This document shows positions 48,335 to 58,422 of a stretch of 64,000 nucleotides of DNA, in pieces. The number at the start of each line of letters is the position of its first letter. The stretch's first letter is position 1. The notes under the pieces are model-generated. The model ran no database searches and was not told the DNA's origin. It was given only the letters and a program-made list of their open reading frames with translations. Source of the DNA: an uncultured Gammaproteobacteria bacterium (GTDB lineage Bacteria; Patescibacteriota; Microgenomatia; Levybacterales; UBA12049); the NCBI GenBank assembly GCA_964610465.1, contig CAZSWA010000001.1:15023-79022 (forward strand), given 5' to 3'. A program made the translations under genes and the position numbers.

Positions 48335-48952
48335 TTAGTAATAGTATACTCTTCCTGTTACATCCAGAACTAAGTTAGAAGATTTTACATCTTTATTAAA
48401 GCCAATAATTTCAAGTGTCACAAGTCTGTCAAAATTGACTAAGGATGTAGAGAAATTATAAAGGTCATTATAATTTCCACTTGCTTCAACAGTGAATTCG
48501 AAAGAGGAAACATTGTCCAATTTTATCTGAGACTTTGATAAAGGTACTCCTGAAATTTTAATTGATGAAATAGTTACATTTGTATTTTTTGCTATTGCTC
48601 GTATTTCTCCCATTAGTTTTGTTGTCGAAGGGGTATCAGGTAAGGCATTTTGTACTGTTGTTAATTGAGAGCCCAGGACATTATATTGTTCTGACAGTTT
48701 GCCTAAGTTTAAAATTTTATCCCGCAGTTGTTTGTCTACAAGTTTACTATCTGCCAGCTGTCTTTTTAGCTCTACAATAGTAGAAAGAGTTGGATTAATA
48801 GCGAAAATACCAAAAAACGATAATGCTGCAAATGTAAAAATTAACGCAGTATATTTATTAACCTGTTCTCTTTTTACATCAGGTAAGAGTTTCAGATATT
48901 CACGATAATGCTGGGCATTTAGACTTTCAAAATAATTTCTAGGAATTTTCAT
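48335..48952 (-). CDS. pilO: type IV pilus assembly protein PilO-like
   Basis: 205 aa. Cytoplasmic N-terminus, one TM, coiled-coil then periplasmic alpha/beta region. Overlaps pilN. Confidence 0.5.
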   Translation of the reverse strand: MKIPRNYFESLNAQHYREYLKLLPDVKREQVNKYTALIFTFAALSFFGIFAINPTLSTIVELKRQLADSKLVDKQLRDKILNLGKLSEQYNVLGSQLTTVQNALPDTPSTTKLMGEIRAIAKNTNVTISSIKISGVPLSKSQIKLDNVSSFEFTVEASGNYNDLYNFSTSLVNFDRLVTLEIIGFNKDVKSSNLVLDVTGRVYYY

Positions 48953-49568
48953 ATATATGAATAGTACGATAACTGTTTATGTATGCTGGCGGAGTAATCG
49001 AAGGATTCTGTGGAATTGACGGAAGTATTTTATCCAGCTTTAATGAACCTGTAATGCTTACGGAGATAATAGCAAGAGACGTATTATTTTTAATACTATT
49101 TATACTTACATGTGAAACATAAGGATAAGATTTTAAAGAATTAACGAAATTCTTAAGAGAACTTATTGATACTACTTGTGCTTCTATTTGTATCCCGTCA
49201 TTTGCAACAACGAGTTTTTTAAAAGTAATATTGCCACGCCCCATGTCAATTACATCTTTCGCAATCATTGGTAATACATTACTACTCTTATCTATCAGCT
49301 TTATAAATGACAGTTTTTTTTGCAAATTTTTATACGCATCTTCATTGGTTCCTAAATATTTTACAATTACACTGCTTTTATTAATCTTGTCGTGCAAATC
49401 GCTTATTTGCCAGTCAAAACTAAAACGGTAAATAAATGTCCCTAGTGCTACAAACTCCGTAATGATAATAAGCAATCTACCAACTGAGAGGAGCCAATCT
49501 AAAAAGTCATTTATGAGAGAATCGTTTTTTTTGTGAATGAGATTTATGTGATAAGAATCTTTTAACAT
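48939..49568 (-). CDS. pilN: type IV pilus assembly protein PilN-like
   Basis: 209 aa. Conserved N-terminal INLLP-like segment (HINLIHKK), single TM, periplasmic domain. Confidence 0.55.
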   Translation of the reverse strand: MLKDSYHINLIHKKNDSLINDFLDWLLSVGRLLIIITEFVALGTFIYRFSFDWQISDLHDKINKSSVIVKYLGTNEDAYKNLQKKLSFIKLIDKSSNVLPMIAKDVIDMGRGNITFKKLVVANDGIQIEAQVVSISSLKNFVNSLKSYPYVSHVSINSIKNNTSLAIISVSITGSLKLDKILPSIPQNPSITPPAYINSYRTIHIYENS

Positions 49569-49764
49569 ACAAAATAATCCAAATTAAAAAATAAGACTAA
49601 TTTTAGTCTAGGAGGTTTTATATAAAATGTCAAAAATTTTGTACTATATTACTCCATTTTTCAGATAGGTATAGAATTGAACTTGTGAATATGCTATACT
49701 TATTTAAAGTCCCAAAGGTTTTCTTAATGTAAGAAAATTGAAGGGATGATTTTTTTGAAAAACT

Positions 49765-51873
49765 ATGGCACAAGATTCACGTATATATCCACTCGATAAA
49801 ATCCGCAATATTGGAATTATTGCGCATATTGACGCGGGGAAAACGACAACGACTGAGCGTATTCTTTTCTATACCGGAAAAACTTACAAAATAGGAGATA
49901 TTGATGAAGGAAATACGCAAATGGACTGGATGGCGCAGGAAAGAGAGCGAGGTATTACTATTGTATCCGCTGCGACTACAACTTTCTGGAAAGATCATCG
50001 CATTAACATTATTGATACTCCAGGTCACGTTGACTTCACTGCTGAGGTAGAACGTTCTCTTAGGGTACTTGATGGTGGAATTACGGTACTTGATGCCGAA
50101 GAAGGAGTTCAATCACAGTCTGAAACTGTCTGGAGACAAGCTGATAAATATAAGGTTCCTCGCATTTGTTTTGTAAATAAAATGGATAAGCTTGGTGCTG
50201 ATTTCCTGCGAACTGTCAAAACAATTGAAGATAGACTTGGCGCAAATCCTGCAATTATGGTGCTTCCAATTGGGTCTGAACAAACGTATAAAGGAAACGT
50301 TGATTTACTTACTAGAAAAGCATATATTTGGGGGTCTGATGAACTCGGTGCCAAGTTTGAACTATCGGATGAAGTACCTGAAGAAATAAAGGAACAGGTT
50401 GACGAATACAGAAACAAGCTGATTGAAAAAATCTCAGAAACTGACGATACCCTGTTGGAGAAATACTTAGGCGGTGAGGAACCAACAGTTGAAGAATTAA
50501 AAAAAGCACTTCGTGCAGCAGTCATTGCCTACAAGCTTGTCCCAATTTATGCAGGTACATCGCTTCGTAATAAAGGAGTACAGCCACTTTTAGATGCAGT
50601 AATTGACTATCTTCCCTCCCCCCTTGATTTACAGGAGGTAAAAGGAATAAACCCAGTATCCAAAGAAGAGGAAGTACGTAAACTTACTCCTGAAGAAACC
50701 TTCTCAGGACTTGCATTTAAGATTCAAAATGACCCGCATGTAGGCAAACTTACCTACTTTCGCGTATATTCTGGCAAAATGAGCGCAGGTTCATATATCT
50801 ATAATAGTACAAAAGATACCAAAGAACGTATCGGGCGACTTTTACTCATGCATGCAAATAATAGAGAAGAAATTAAAGAAGCCTATGCTGGAGAGATTGT
50901 CGCAATTGTAGGCCTTAAAGATACTACTACAGGAGACACTCTTTGTGATGAAGTCAAACCAATTATTCTGGAACAAATTACCTTTCCTGAACCTGTTATT
51001 TCTCTTGCAATTGAACCTAAAACGAAATCAGATCAAGAAAGATTAGGCTATTCACTTAAAAGACTGATGGAAGAAGACCCAACTTTTACTGTAAAAGTAA
51101 ATCATGAGACAGGACAAACTATTATTTCAGGTGTTGGAGAATTACAGCTTGAAATTATGGTTGATAGAATGAAAAGAGAATTTAACGTTGAAGCAAATGT
51201 TGGCGCTCCTCAAGTTGCCTACAGAGAAACTATTGAAGGAATTGCAGAAGCAGAGGGTAAATATATTCGCCAATCAGGAGGACGGGGACAATATGGACAT
51301 TGTTTCTTACGTGTTGAACCACTGCCGCGAGGAGAAGGATATAAATTTGTCAATGCTATTAAAGGAGGAGCTATCCCTGCTGAATTTATTACATCAATAC
51401 AAAAAGGAGTGGTAGAAACTATGGAAAATGGCGTTCTTTTAGGCTATCCAGTAGTTGATATGCAAGTAACCTGTTATGATGGATCATACCACGATGTTGA
51501 CTCGAGTGATATCGCCTTTAAGATTGCTGCGAGCCAGGCATTACAAAGCGCTACCAAAAAAGCAGGTCTAACTCTTCTTGAACCCATTATGAAGGTTGAA
51601 GTAACTACTCCATCTGAATTTATGGGAGAAGTTATTGGTGATTTATCGTCAAAGCGCGCCCAGATTCTTGGAACAGAAGAGAGAGGGAATGCAACTATTA
51701 TTTTGGCACTCGTTCCTTTAGCTGAGCTTTCAGGGTATGCAACGCAACTTCGCAGTATTACCCAAGGACGTGCAAATCCTTATGTGGAACCATCTCATTA
51801 TGAATTAGTTCCCAGAAACATTATTGACCAAATGCTTGCGAAATCTACCTTCACAGGAAGAGTCGAAAAATAA
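49765..51873 (+). CDS. fusA: translation elongation factor G
   Basis: 702 aa. G1 [10 protein letters not shown]3 DTPGH, G4 NKMD, domains II-V. Confidence 0.95.
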   Translation: MAQDSRIYPLDKIRNIGIIAHIDAGKTTTTERILFYTGKTYKIGDIDEGNTQMDWMAQERERGITIVSAATTTFWKDHRINIIDTPGHVDFTAEVERSLRVLDGGITVLDAEEGVQSQSETVWRQADKYKVPRICFVNKMDKLGADFLRTVKTIEDRLGANPAIMVLPIGSEQTYKGNVDLLTRKAYIWGSDELGAKFELSDEVPEEIKEQVDEYRNKLIEKISETDDTLLEKYLGGEEPTVEELKKALRAAVIAYKLVPIYAGTSLRNKGVQPLLDAVIDYLPSPLDLQEVKGINPVSKEEEVRKLTPEETFSGLAFKIQNDPHVGKLTYFRVYSGKMSAGSYIYNSTKDTKERIGRLLLMHANNREEIKEAYAGEIVAIVGLKDTTTGDTLCDEVKPIILEQITFPEPVISLAIEPKTKSDQERLGYSLKRLMEEDPTFTVKVNHETGQTIISGVGELQLEIMVDRMKREFNVEANVGAPQVAYRETIEGIAEAEGKYIRQSGGRGQYGHCFLRVEPLPRGEGYKFVNAIKGGAIPAEFITSIQKGVVETMENGVLLGYPVVDMQVTCYDGSYHDVDSSDIAFKIAASQALQSATKKAGLTLLEPIMKVEVTTPSEFMGEVIGDLSSKRAQILGTEERGNATIILALVPLAELSGYATQLRSITQGRANPYVEPSHYELVPRNIIDQMLAKSTFTGRVEK

Positions 51874-51936
51874 ATTCTTCTTCATCTATTTTCTATCGAA
51901 TGTTTTTTGATTCCTTTACGACTAATAAGATTAGAT

Positions 51937-52467
51937 ATGAAAGCATACTTAAAGGAATTGCAATTTCCATCAACCAACCATACCTATATTCAAAATATTA
52001 CTTCAATTGTGAATGAGGCAATTAAAAAATCCAAAGTCACCAATGGGTTTGTCTTTATCAATACTCTTCATACGACATTGGGTATTTTGGTAAATGAAAT
52101 TTCAGAACCAAATCTTCTTGAGGATATGTTATACCATAGCTTAAAAAGTGTACCTGAAGATAAACGTTCAACCAAAGTTACCAAAGAATATATGCATCCA
52201 ACTACTGATTACCTTCATCGTTGTCAAGATAATCCATTTTGTAATGAAATTGATGAGGATTATAATGCAGCAGCCCACATACGTGCACTCACCTATTCTC
52301 ATCCAAGTGTAGTATTGCCAATCATGGATGGAAAACTAAGACTTGGAAAATATCAGGAAATTGCGGCATTTGAATTTGATGGGAGAGATGGAAAAGGCAA
52401 AAACCCAATTAGACAACGCAGTATTCAAATATGGATTTCCCCTATAGATAAAATAGAAAAGTTATAA
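51937..52467 (+). CDS. YjbQ/UPF0047-family protein (secondary thiamine-phosphate synthase-like)
   Basis: HTT..L..NE and AH...L...S...PI.DG.L.LG.YQ pattern. Start at MKAYLK. Confidence 0.65.
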   Translation: MKAYLKELQFPSTNHTYIQNITSIVNEAIKKSKVTNGFVFINTLHTTLGILVNEISEPNLLEDMLYHSLKSVPEDKRSTKVTKEYMHPTTDYLHRCQDNPFCNEIDEDYNAAAHIRALTYSHPSVVLPIMDGKLRLGKYQEIAAFEFDGRDGKGKNPIRQRSIQIWISPIDKIEKL

Positions 52468-52508
52468 ATAACTATCTTACTTTTGCTTTTTTCTACTATA
52501 ATACGTAT

Positions 52509-53174
52509 ATGGAACCGCTTGTTGGAATTTTTGCGCATCCGGATGATGAAGCATTTGGACCAGGAGGAACACTGGCACTTGAGGCAAAAAAGCGTGATGT
52601 GTATCTTATTTGTGTTACTAATGGTGAAGCAGGTAAGAGTAGTCTTGATGAAGTTCGGGAATTAGGTGAGGTCAGGCGTGAAGAACTTTTGGAGTCTGCA
52701 AAAATATTGGGCATAAAAAAAGTTTTTTTCCTCGGGTATCATGATGGTACATTATCGAATACTCTATATCATGAAATCGCAGAAAAGATTATACGCATCC
52801 TAAATGATATAAAACCTAATACTCTTCTTACCTTTGAACCTCGTGGTGTATCTGGACATATTGACCATATCGCAGTTTCTATGATTACCTCATTTGTATT
52901 TTACAAAGTCTCCTATGTTAAACATCTATGGCAATACTGTTTAACTGAAAAAGCACGAAATGTGGAAGAGTATGACTATTTTATTTATTTCCCTCCAGGA
53001 TATAAAAAATCAGAGATAGTTAAAATCAGAGATGTCTCGCCTATTTGGAAACAAAAAGTAAAAGCTATACATGCTCATAAATCCCAACTGCATGATATAG
53101 AACAAATTCTCAAAAGACATGCAAAGTTGCCAAAAGAAGAATGTTTCTTAGAGATTAATAAAAGTAAGGAATAA
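52509..53174 (+). CDS. PIG-L/LmbE-family N-acetylglucosaminyl deacetylase
   Basis: N-terminal FAHPDDE...GG motif, HxxH (HIDHIAV). Confidence 0.75.
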   Translation: MEPLVGIFAHPDDEAFGPGGTLALEAKKRDVYLICVTNGEAGKSSLDEVRELGEVRREELLESAKILGIKKVFFLGYHDGTLSNTLYHEIAEKIIRILNDIKPNTLLTFEPRGVSGHIDHIAVSMITSFVFYKVSYVKHLWQYCLTEKARNVEEYDYFIYFPPGYKKSEIVKIRDVSPIWKQKVKAIHAHKSQLHDIEQILKRHAKLPKEECFLEINKSKE

Positions 53175-53616
53175 GCCGTTTGGTTTTCTTCATATAATGA
53201 CTATAGTCTTTAAAATGTCTCTCAAGATGATATTCTTCATAATAGATTTTAAATAGAATATCCGCTATAAAAATAAGTGCAGCAATAAAACGCAAAAGGC
53301 TTGGATAATCAGTAACCAGTGCAAAAATGATAAGGAGAAGTCCTGCATACATAGGATGTCTGATTACTTCATATGGCCCGGTCGTAATAAGTTTGGCTTT
53401 ATGGTGGACATGCGGAGTTACTTTAAAAACACTTTGTTTTACCATTATCCATACCGCCCAACATCCAATGAAGAGCCCTAAACATTCTGTAAAAATAGAC
53501 GTAAATTCGCGGGCAAAAACAGGTGCACTGACAAGAAGATAGGCAAGGGTTATCACTTGTACGATAAGAAGCAGATATTCACGGTTATTCATGTATTTCA
53601 TACATATAGTATACAA
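53155..53616 (-). CDS. isoprenylcysteine carboxyl methyltransferase (ICMT/PEMT)-family membrane methyltransferase
   Basis: 153 aa, 4 TM. C-terminal VIRHPMYAGLLLI signature. Confidence 0.6.
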   Translation of the reverse strand: MYTICMKYMNNREYLLLIVQVITLAYLLVSAPVFAREFTSIFTECLGLFIGCWAVWIMVKQSVFKVTPHVHHKAKLITTGPYEVIRHPMYAGLLLIIFALVTDYPSLLRFIAALIFIADILFKIYYEEYHLERHFKDYSHYMKKTKRLIPYFY

Positions 53617-53669
53617 TAACTATCTTACTTCTTCAAAGGTAAGTCTGCAAGTGCACTTATAATTTATCC

Positions 53670-54767
53670 ATGCGTTATAATAAGGCAATGAGAAAAATAA
53701 TTGTCCTATTTTTCGTAGTTGTATTAGGTGGTATTCTTTTGACCGCTGCTCTCAAAAAAAAATTGTATTCAGACCTAGACGCTCCAGTTATAGTGCCAAC
53801 TGTTACATCTACTGTACCGATACGAAACCAAAAAGAAACAATCTCACTTTTTGTTCCCTATTGGTCATTGGGAAGGACAACTATAGAGACTACTTCGTAC
53901 GATGATATTATTTATTTTGGTGTTATCCCAACTCTTACTGGTTTAGATACCAGAGAAACCGGTTATAAAAGTATTGATGCCTTTATCTCATCAACAAAGG
54001 ACAGTAAGAAACGATATCTGGCGCTTCGCATGATAGGAAATGATACAAATTTTGCCATACTCAAAGACACCAAAGCACAAATAAGGATTATTACAGAAAC
54101 TCTTGCCCTTACAAAAACAAAAGGATTTGACGGAGTAGTACTTGACTTAGAAGTTGGAGGATTCCCTTTTGATTCATTAATTCAGCAGATTAATGCCTAT
54201 GTAAAAAACTTTTATGAAGCAGCAAAACAAAATAATACTGAGCTTAGAGTTGCAGTATATGGTGATACTTTTTATCGTATAAGGCCATATGAGATAAAAA
54301 CAATTGGGCAATATGCTGACAAAATACTTCTTATGGCATATGATTTTCACAAAGCTTCAGGTTCCCCGGGGCCAAATTTTCCTCTTTCTGGGAAAGAGAC
54401 CTATGGATATGATTTGCAGGAAATGGCAGATGACTTCAGACAAGTGGTAGATAACTCAAAAATTATCGTAATTTTTGGTATGTTTGGATATGATTGGAAG
54501 GTAGATAGTAGTGGTAATAGTATGAAATCAGCACAAGCATTAAGTCTGCGGGATATTGAAACAAAATTTGTACATAGCTGTTCTTTTGCTGATTGTAAAA
54601 TTGTTCGAGATAGCGCTTCAAGCGAGACAGAAGTGCGTTATAAAGATAGTAATAATCAGGATCATATTGTATGGTATGAAGATATGCAGTCAGTAAAAAA
54701 TAAAGAGCAGTATCTTGAACAAAAAGGGATTTCCTCATTCAGCTTCTGGGCATACTCGTATTTTTAA
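53670..54767 (+). CDS. membrane-anchored glycoside hydrolase family 18-like protein
   Basis: N-terminal TM. GH18 catalytic-type motif DGVVLDLE (DxxDxDxE). Confidence 0.5.
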   Translation: MRYNKAMRKIIVLFFVVVLGGILLTAALKKKLYSDLDAPVIVPTVTSTVPIRNQKETISLFVPYWSLGRTTIETTSYDDIIYFGVIPTLTGLDTRETGYKSIDAFISSTKDSKKRYLALRMIGNDTNFAILKDTKAQIRIITETLALTKTKGFDGVVLDLEVGGFPFDSLIQQINAYVKNFYEAAKQNNTELRVAVYGDTFYRIRPYEIKTIGQYADKILLMAYDFHKASGSPGPNFPLSGKETYGYDLQEMADDFRQVVDNSKIIVIFGMFGYDWKVDSSGNSMKSAQALSLRDIETKFVHSCSFADCKIVRDSASSETEVRYKDSNNQDHIVWYEDMQSVKNKEQYLEQKGISSFSFWAYSYF

Positions 54768-54865
54768 TAAGAGCATTTTATCTAGGAAATTATATTCAGA
54801 ATAATGAGAAGAATAATATTGATGAGTTAAATCTATTAGCCTCGAATTACGCATAAATTAGGGTA

Positions 54866-54894
54866 TTGACGAGACTTAGGAAATAGTGTATCAT
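54866..54894 (+). promoter_or_regulatory. sigma70-like promoter for tuf-S10 operon (TTGACG-17-TATCAT)
   Basis: ttgacg 54866-54871, tatcat 54889-54894, about 40 nt upstream of tuf ATG. Confidence 0.4.
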
Positions 54895-54933
54895 ATGCGT
54901 AATCTCATTGAAAAATGAGTTTTATTTTTGCTT

Positions 54934-56118
54934 ATGGCAGATTCTAAATTTCAAAGAACAAAACCACATGTCAATATTGGAACTATTGGTCATGTAGATC
55001 ATGGGAAGACTACTCTTTCTGCTGCAATCTCAACCGTTCTTTCCAAAAAAGGAATGGCACAAGCCAAGAAATACGAAGATATCGATAACGCTCCAGAAGA
55101 AAGAGCCCGTGGCGTCACCATTAATATTACCCACATTGAATATGAAACAGAAAAAAGACATTATGCTCATATTGATGCTCCAGGTCATGCAGATTACATT
55201 AAGAACATGATCACAGGCGCAGCCCAAATGGATGGCGCAATTCTCGTAGTTTCCGCTCCCGACGGCCCAATGCCACAAACACGAGAGCATATTTTATTAG
55301 CACGCCAAGTAGGAGTTCCTGCAATTGTCGTATTCCTCAACAAGACTGATATGGTACAAGATGCAGAACTTTTGGATTTGGTTGAGATGGAAGTTCGTGA
55401 ACTCTTAACTAAATATGGCTTCCCAGGAGATGAAATACCAATTATTCGCGGTTCAGCTTTGAAAGCACTTGAAGGCGATGCAACAGAAGAACAACACATA
55501 ATGGATCTTATGAAGACAGTTGATGAATATATACCAACTCCAACCCGTGCAACTGACAAGCCATTCTTAATGCCAATCGAAGATGTATTCTCAATTAAAG
55601 GTCGAGGAACAGTAGTTACAGGAAGAATCGAAAGAGGAATTGTCAAAGTGAATGAAACTGTTGAAATAGTTGGAATTAAAGACACTAAATCAACCGTAGT
55701 TACTGGAGTTGAAATGTTTAAAAAACAACTTGACGAAGGACAAGCAGGAGACAATGTAGGACTTTTGCTTCGCGGTCTTGAAAAAACGGATGTAGAAAGA
55801 GGACAAGTCATTGCTAAACCAGGAAGTATTACTCCTCATACAGAATTTGAAGGAGAAGCATACATCCTTACCAAAGAAGAAGGCGGAAGACACACACCAT
55901 TCTTTACTGGATATAGGCCACAATTCTATATCAGAACCACTGATGTAACAGGAAATGTCGCATTACCACAAGGTGTAGAAATGGTAATGCCTGGAGATAA
56001 CAGTAAAATGACAGTCAAACTTATCGTCCCAGTCGCTCTTGAAGAAGGGCAAAGATTTGCTATTCGTGAAGGTGGAAGAACAGTAGGAGCTGGTGTAATA
56101 ACAAAGATACTTAAATAA
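54934..56118 (+). CDS. tuf: translation elongation factor Tu
   Basis: [36 protein letters not shown], full three-domain EF-Tu. ATG at 54934 preferred over the upstream TTG. Confidence 0.95.
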   Translation: MADSKFQRTKPHVNIGTIGHVDHGKTTLSAAISTVLSKKGMAQAKKYEDIDNAPEERARGVTINITHIEYETEKRHYAHIDAPGHADYIKNMITGAAQMDGAILVVSAPDGPMPQTREHILLARQVGVPAIVVFLNKTDMVQDAELLDLVEMEVRELLTKYGFPGDEIPIIRGSALKALEGDATEEQHIMDLMKTVDEYIPTPTRATDKPFLMPIEDVFSIKGRGTVVTGRIERGIVKVNETVEIVGIKDTKSTVVTGVEMFKKQLDEGQAGDNVGLLLRGLEKTDVERGQVIAKPGSITPHTEFEGEAYILTKEEGGRHTPFFTGYRPQFYIRTTDVTGNVALPQGVEMVMPGDNSKMTVKLIVPVALEEGQRFAIREGGRTVGAGVITKILK

Positions 56119-56159
56119 TTTTATTAAGTTATTTATGAGTTCTTTAACAGTCTGTCGGT

Positions 56160-56468
56160 ATGCCAAAAGGAAGAATTAGAGTTCGATTAAAAAGTTACGA
56201 TGCGAGAGTCCTTGACTCTTGTTGTCAACAAATTTTAGATACGGCTATAAGAACCGGAGCTAAGGTAGTTGGACCAGTACCTCTTCCTACAGATAGAAGC
56301 GTATATGCAGTCAATAAGTCACCATTTATAGATAAAGACGCAAGAGATCATTTTGAGATTTGTATTCACAAAAGACTTATAGATATTTTATCTCCTACCG
56401 ATAAGACAATGGATAGTTTGATGCATTTGGAATTACCAGCAGGAGTTGATGTAGAGATTAAAATGTAA
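56160..56468 (+). CDS. rpsJ: 30S ribosomal protein S10
   Basis: 102 aa, [10 protein letters not shown]...LPT signature. Confidence 0.95.
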   Translation: MPKGRIRVRLKSYDARVLDSCCQQILDTAIRTGAKVVGPVPLPTDRSVYAVNKSPFIDKDARDHFEICIHKRLIDILSPTDKTMDSLMHLELPAGVDVEIKM

Positions 56469-56575
56469 TCTTTACATTGTTAGGATTTCATAGATGCCCA
56501 AACAAATTAAACAAAATACAACATGATATAAAAAAGCCTAGTGCGGGCTCACAGTAGATACTTGTGATACATTGA

Positions 56576-56601
56576 GGTAGCCGATAGGCTATCTTTTTTT
56601 T
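56576..56601 (+). terminator. weak hairpin + T8 tract in 140-nt rpsJ-rplC spacer (attenuator/terminator-like)
   Basis: tagcc(56578-82)-gata-ggcta(56587-91) followed by tttttttt 56594-56601. Stem is only 5 bp. Confidence 0.2.
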
Positions 56602-56607
56602 GAGATT

Positions 56608-57345
56608 ATGATACAAGCATTAATTGGTAAAAAAATTGGACAAACACAAAAATTTTTGCAAAATGGAACACGCATTCCTGTTACTCAGGTTGCAGTTCCT
56701 AATAATTCTGTGATGCAAATAAAAAACATGGAAAAAGACGGATACATTGCAGTCCAATTAGGTTTTGGACAAAGAAAACATTCAACAAAATCACTTACAG
56801 GGCATGTTAAAAAAGCAGGGAAAGACAAGACCCCTGTTTTTTTTAAGGAAGTAAAAATGGATGGAAAAAATGAATTGCCAACTATTGGAGAAGAGATAAG
56901 TCTTGAAAGTGTATTTGAGTCAGGGGATGTCGTAAACGTAAGTGGTACATCCAAAGGAAAAGGATTTGCAGGCGGAGTCAAACGCTATCATTTTAGAGGC
57001 GGACCTCGAACCCATGGACAATCAGATAGAGAGAGAGCTCCAGGTTCAGTCGGTCAGACAACTACTCCAGGAAGAGTATATAGAGGTAAAAGAATGGCTG
57101 GAAGAATGGGGCATGAAATCGTTACATTGCAGAATCTTGAAATAGTTGCAGTTGATGTAGAGAACAAACGTCTTTCTATCAAAGGATTGGTGCCTGGAGT
57201 AAAAGATAGTATTGTATTTATTGAAAAAGTTGGTAAAAACAAGAAAGCTCTTCCCTTGTATGTAAAAGAAGAAGTAAAACCTGAGATAAAAGAGCCAGCA
57301 ATACAAGAAGTAAATGAAGGAAAGGAGGAAGCACAAAATGCCTAA
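56608..57345 (+). CDS. rplC: 50S ribosomal protein L3 (with acidic C-terminal extension)
   Basis: Conserved L3 core (GTSKGKGFAGGVKRYHFRGGP). Confidence 0.9.
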   Translation: MIQALIGKKIGQTQKFLQNGTRIPVTQVAVPNNSVMQIKNMEKDGYIAVQLGFGQRKHSTKSLTGHVKKAGKDKTPVFFKEVKMDGKNELPTIGEEISLESVFESGDVVNVSGTSKGKGFAGGVKRYHFRGGPRTHGQSDRERAPGSVGQTTTPGRVYRGKRMAGRMGHEIVTLQNLEIVAVDVENKRLSIKGLVPGVKDSIVFIEKVGKNKKALPLYVKEEVKPEIKEPAIQEVNEGKEEAQNA

Positions 57346-58105
57346 GGCAAGCAGTAAGCAAACAGCAAAAAGCAAAAAAGAAGAAGGAGAGAAAACAGAA
57401 AAACAAATGATAAAAAAAGCGGCTGTCAAAAAAGTTGCAGAGCCTAAAAAAGACGGGAAATTAACTCTTGATGTGTATGGCCTTGATGGAAAAGTTACTG
57501 GTAGTATTGTTCTTCCTCATGAAATTTTTGGTGCGGATGTCAATCAAAAGCTTATGGCTCAGGCAGTACGCGTGCACCTTACTAACCTTCGTTTTGGAAC
57601 AGTTTCTACAAAGTCACGCGGTGAAGTTACAGGAAGTACGAGAAAAATATATCGACAAAAAGGGACAGGTCGTGCCCGTCATGGAGGAATACGCGCTCCT
57701 ATTTTTGTTCATGGAGGAGTTGCTCATGGACCAAAACCAAGAGAATTTAATCTAAGTTTATCTAAGAAAATGAAAAAAACTGCGCTTATCTCTGCGCTTT
57801 CTGCGAAATTGCATGATAATGAAGTAAGAATTCTTTCTGGTCTTGAAGCGATTGAACCAAAAACCCAGCATTTCGCAGCAGCTCTTAAAAAACTTGGTCT
57901 TATGACCAAAAATAAGAAGATACTTCTCGTTACACCTAAAGATACGGAGCATATCACTCGTGCAGTACGTAATGTGGAGGGAGTACAGTTTACCGCCGCG
58001 CAGAGATTGAATATCTATGATGTACTCAATAGTAAAGTGCTTCTTTTCATGAAAGATTCAATTGATGAGATACAAAAACAATTTCAAGGAGGAGCAAATA
58101 AATGA
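57338..58105 (+). CDS. rplD: 50S ribosomal protein L4
   Basis: L4 core ([20 protein letters not shown]). Start at MPKASS, 8 nt after an AGGAGG; ORF track start 57314 is less likely. Confidence 0.9.
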   Translation: MPKASSKQTAKSKKEEGEKTEKQMIKKAAVKKVAEPKKDGKLTLDVYGLDGKVTGSIVLPHEIFGADVNQKLMAQAVRVHLTNLRFGTVSTKSRGEVTGSTRKIYRQKGTGRARHGGIRAPIFVHGGVAHGPKPREFNLSLSKKMKKTALISALSAKLHDNEVRILSGLEAIEPKTQHFAAALKKLGLMTKNKKILLVTPKDTEHITRAVRNVEGVQFTAAQRLNIYDVLNSKVLLFMKDSIDEIQKQFQGGANK

Positions 58106-58395
58106 ACATACAAAGTGTGATTATACGACCGATTATCTCTGAAAAATCAATGGGAAATGCCGGAAAAGGTGAATATACCTTTGCTGTAAAACAATATGCG
58201 AATAAAAAAAATATTAAAAAAGCAATTGAGGATGCGTTTCACGTCCATGTAACCCAAGTAGCCACCAGTAATGTAAAAGGCAAGAAAAAAAGAGTAGGTA
58301 TGAGAAGGAATGAAGTAGCACAACAAGAATGGAAAAGAGCAATTATAACTTTAGAGAAAGGACAAAAGATTGACATTTTTGAAGCTGGAAGCTAA
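58102..58395 (+). CDS. rplW: 50S ribosomal protein L23
   Basis: 97 aa, IRPIISEKS...FAV motif. Overlaps rplD stop. Confidence 0.9.
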   Translation: MNIQSVIIRPIISEKSMGNAGKGEYTFAVKQYANKKNIKKAIEDAFHVHVTQVATSNVKGKKKRVGMRRNEVAQQEWKRAIITLEKGQKIDIFEAGS

Positions 58396-58422
58396 GATCA
58401 AAGCTTCAGAGGTAAAAAGCGT

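Noticed and set aside
50109-50525. 138-aa minus-strand ORF inside fusA and other small ORFs within the r-protein genes (56685-56981, 57046-57429, 58641-58889, 59783-60034, 60491-60821, 61446-62022, 62168-62700, 63706-63954)
   Set aside because: All antisense or alternative-frame ORFs within universally conserved ribosomal/elongation-factor genes.
55194-55811. 205-aa minus-strand ORF inside tuf
   Set aside because: Antisense to EF-Tu; Ser/Thr/Pro-rich translation typical of antisense frames of conserved genes.
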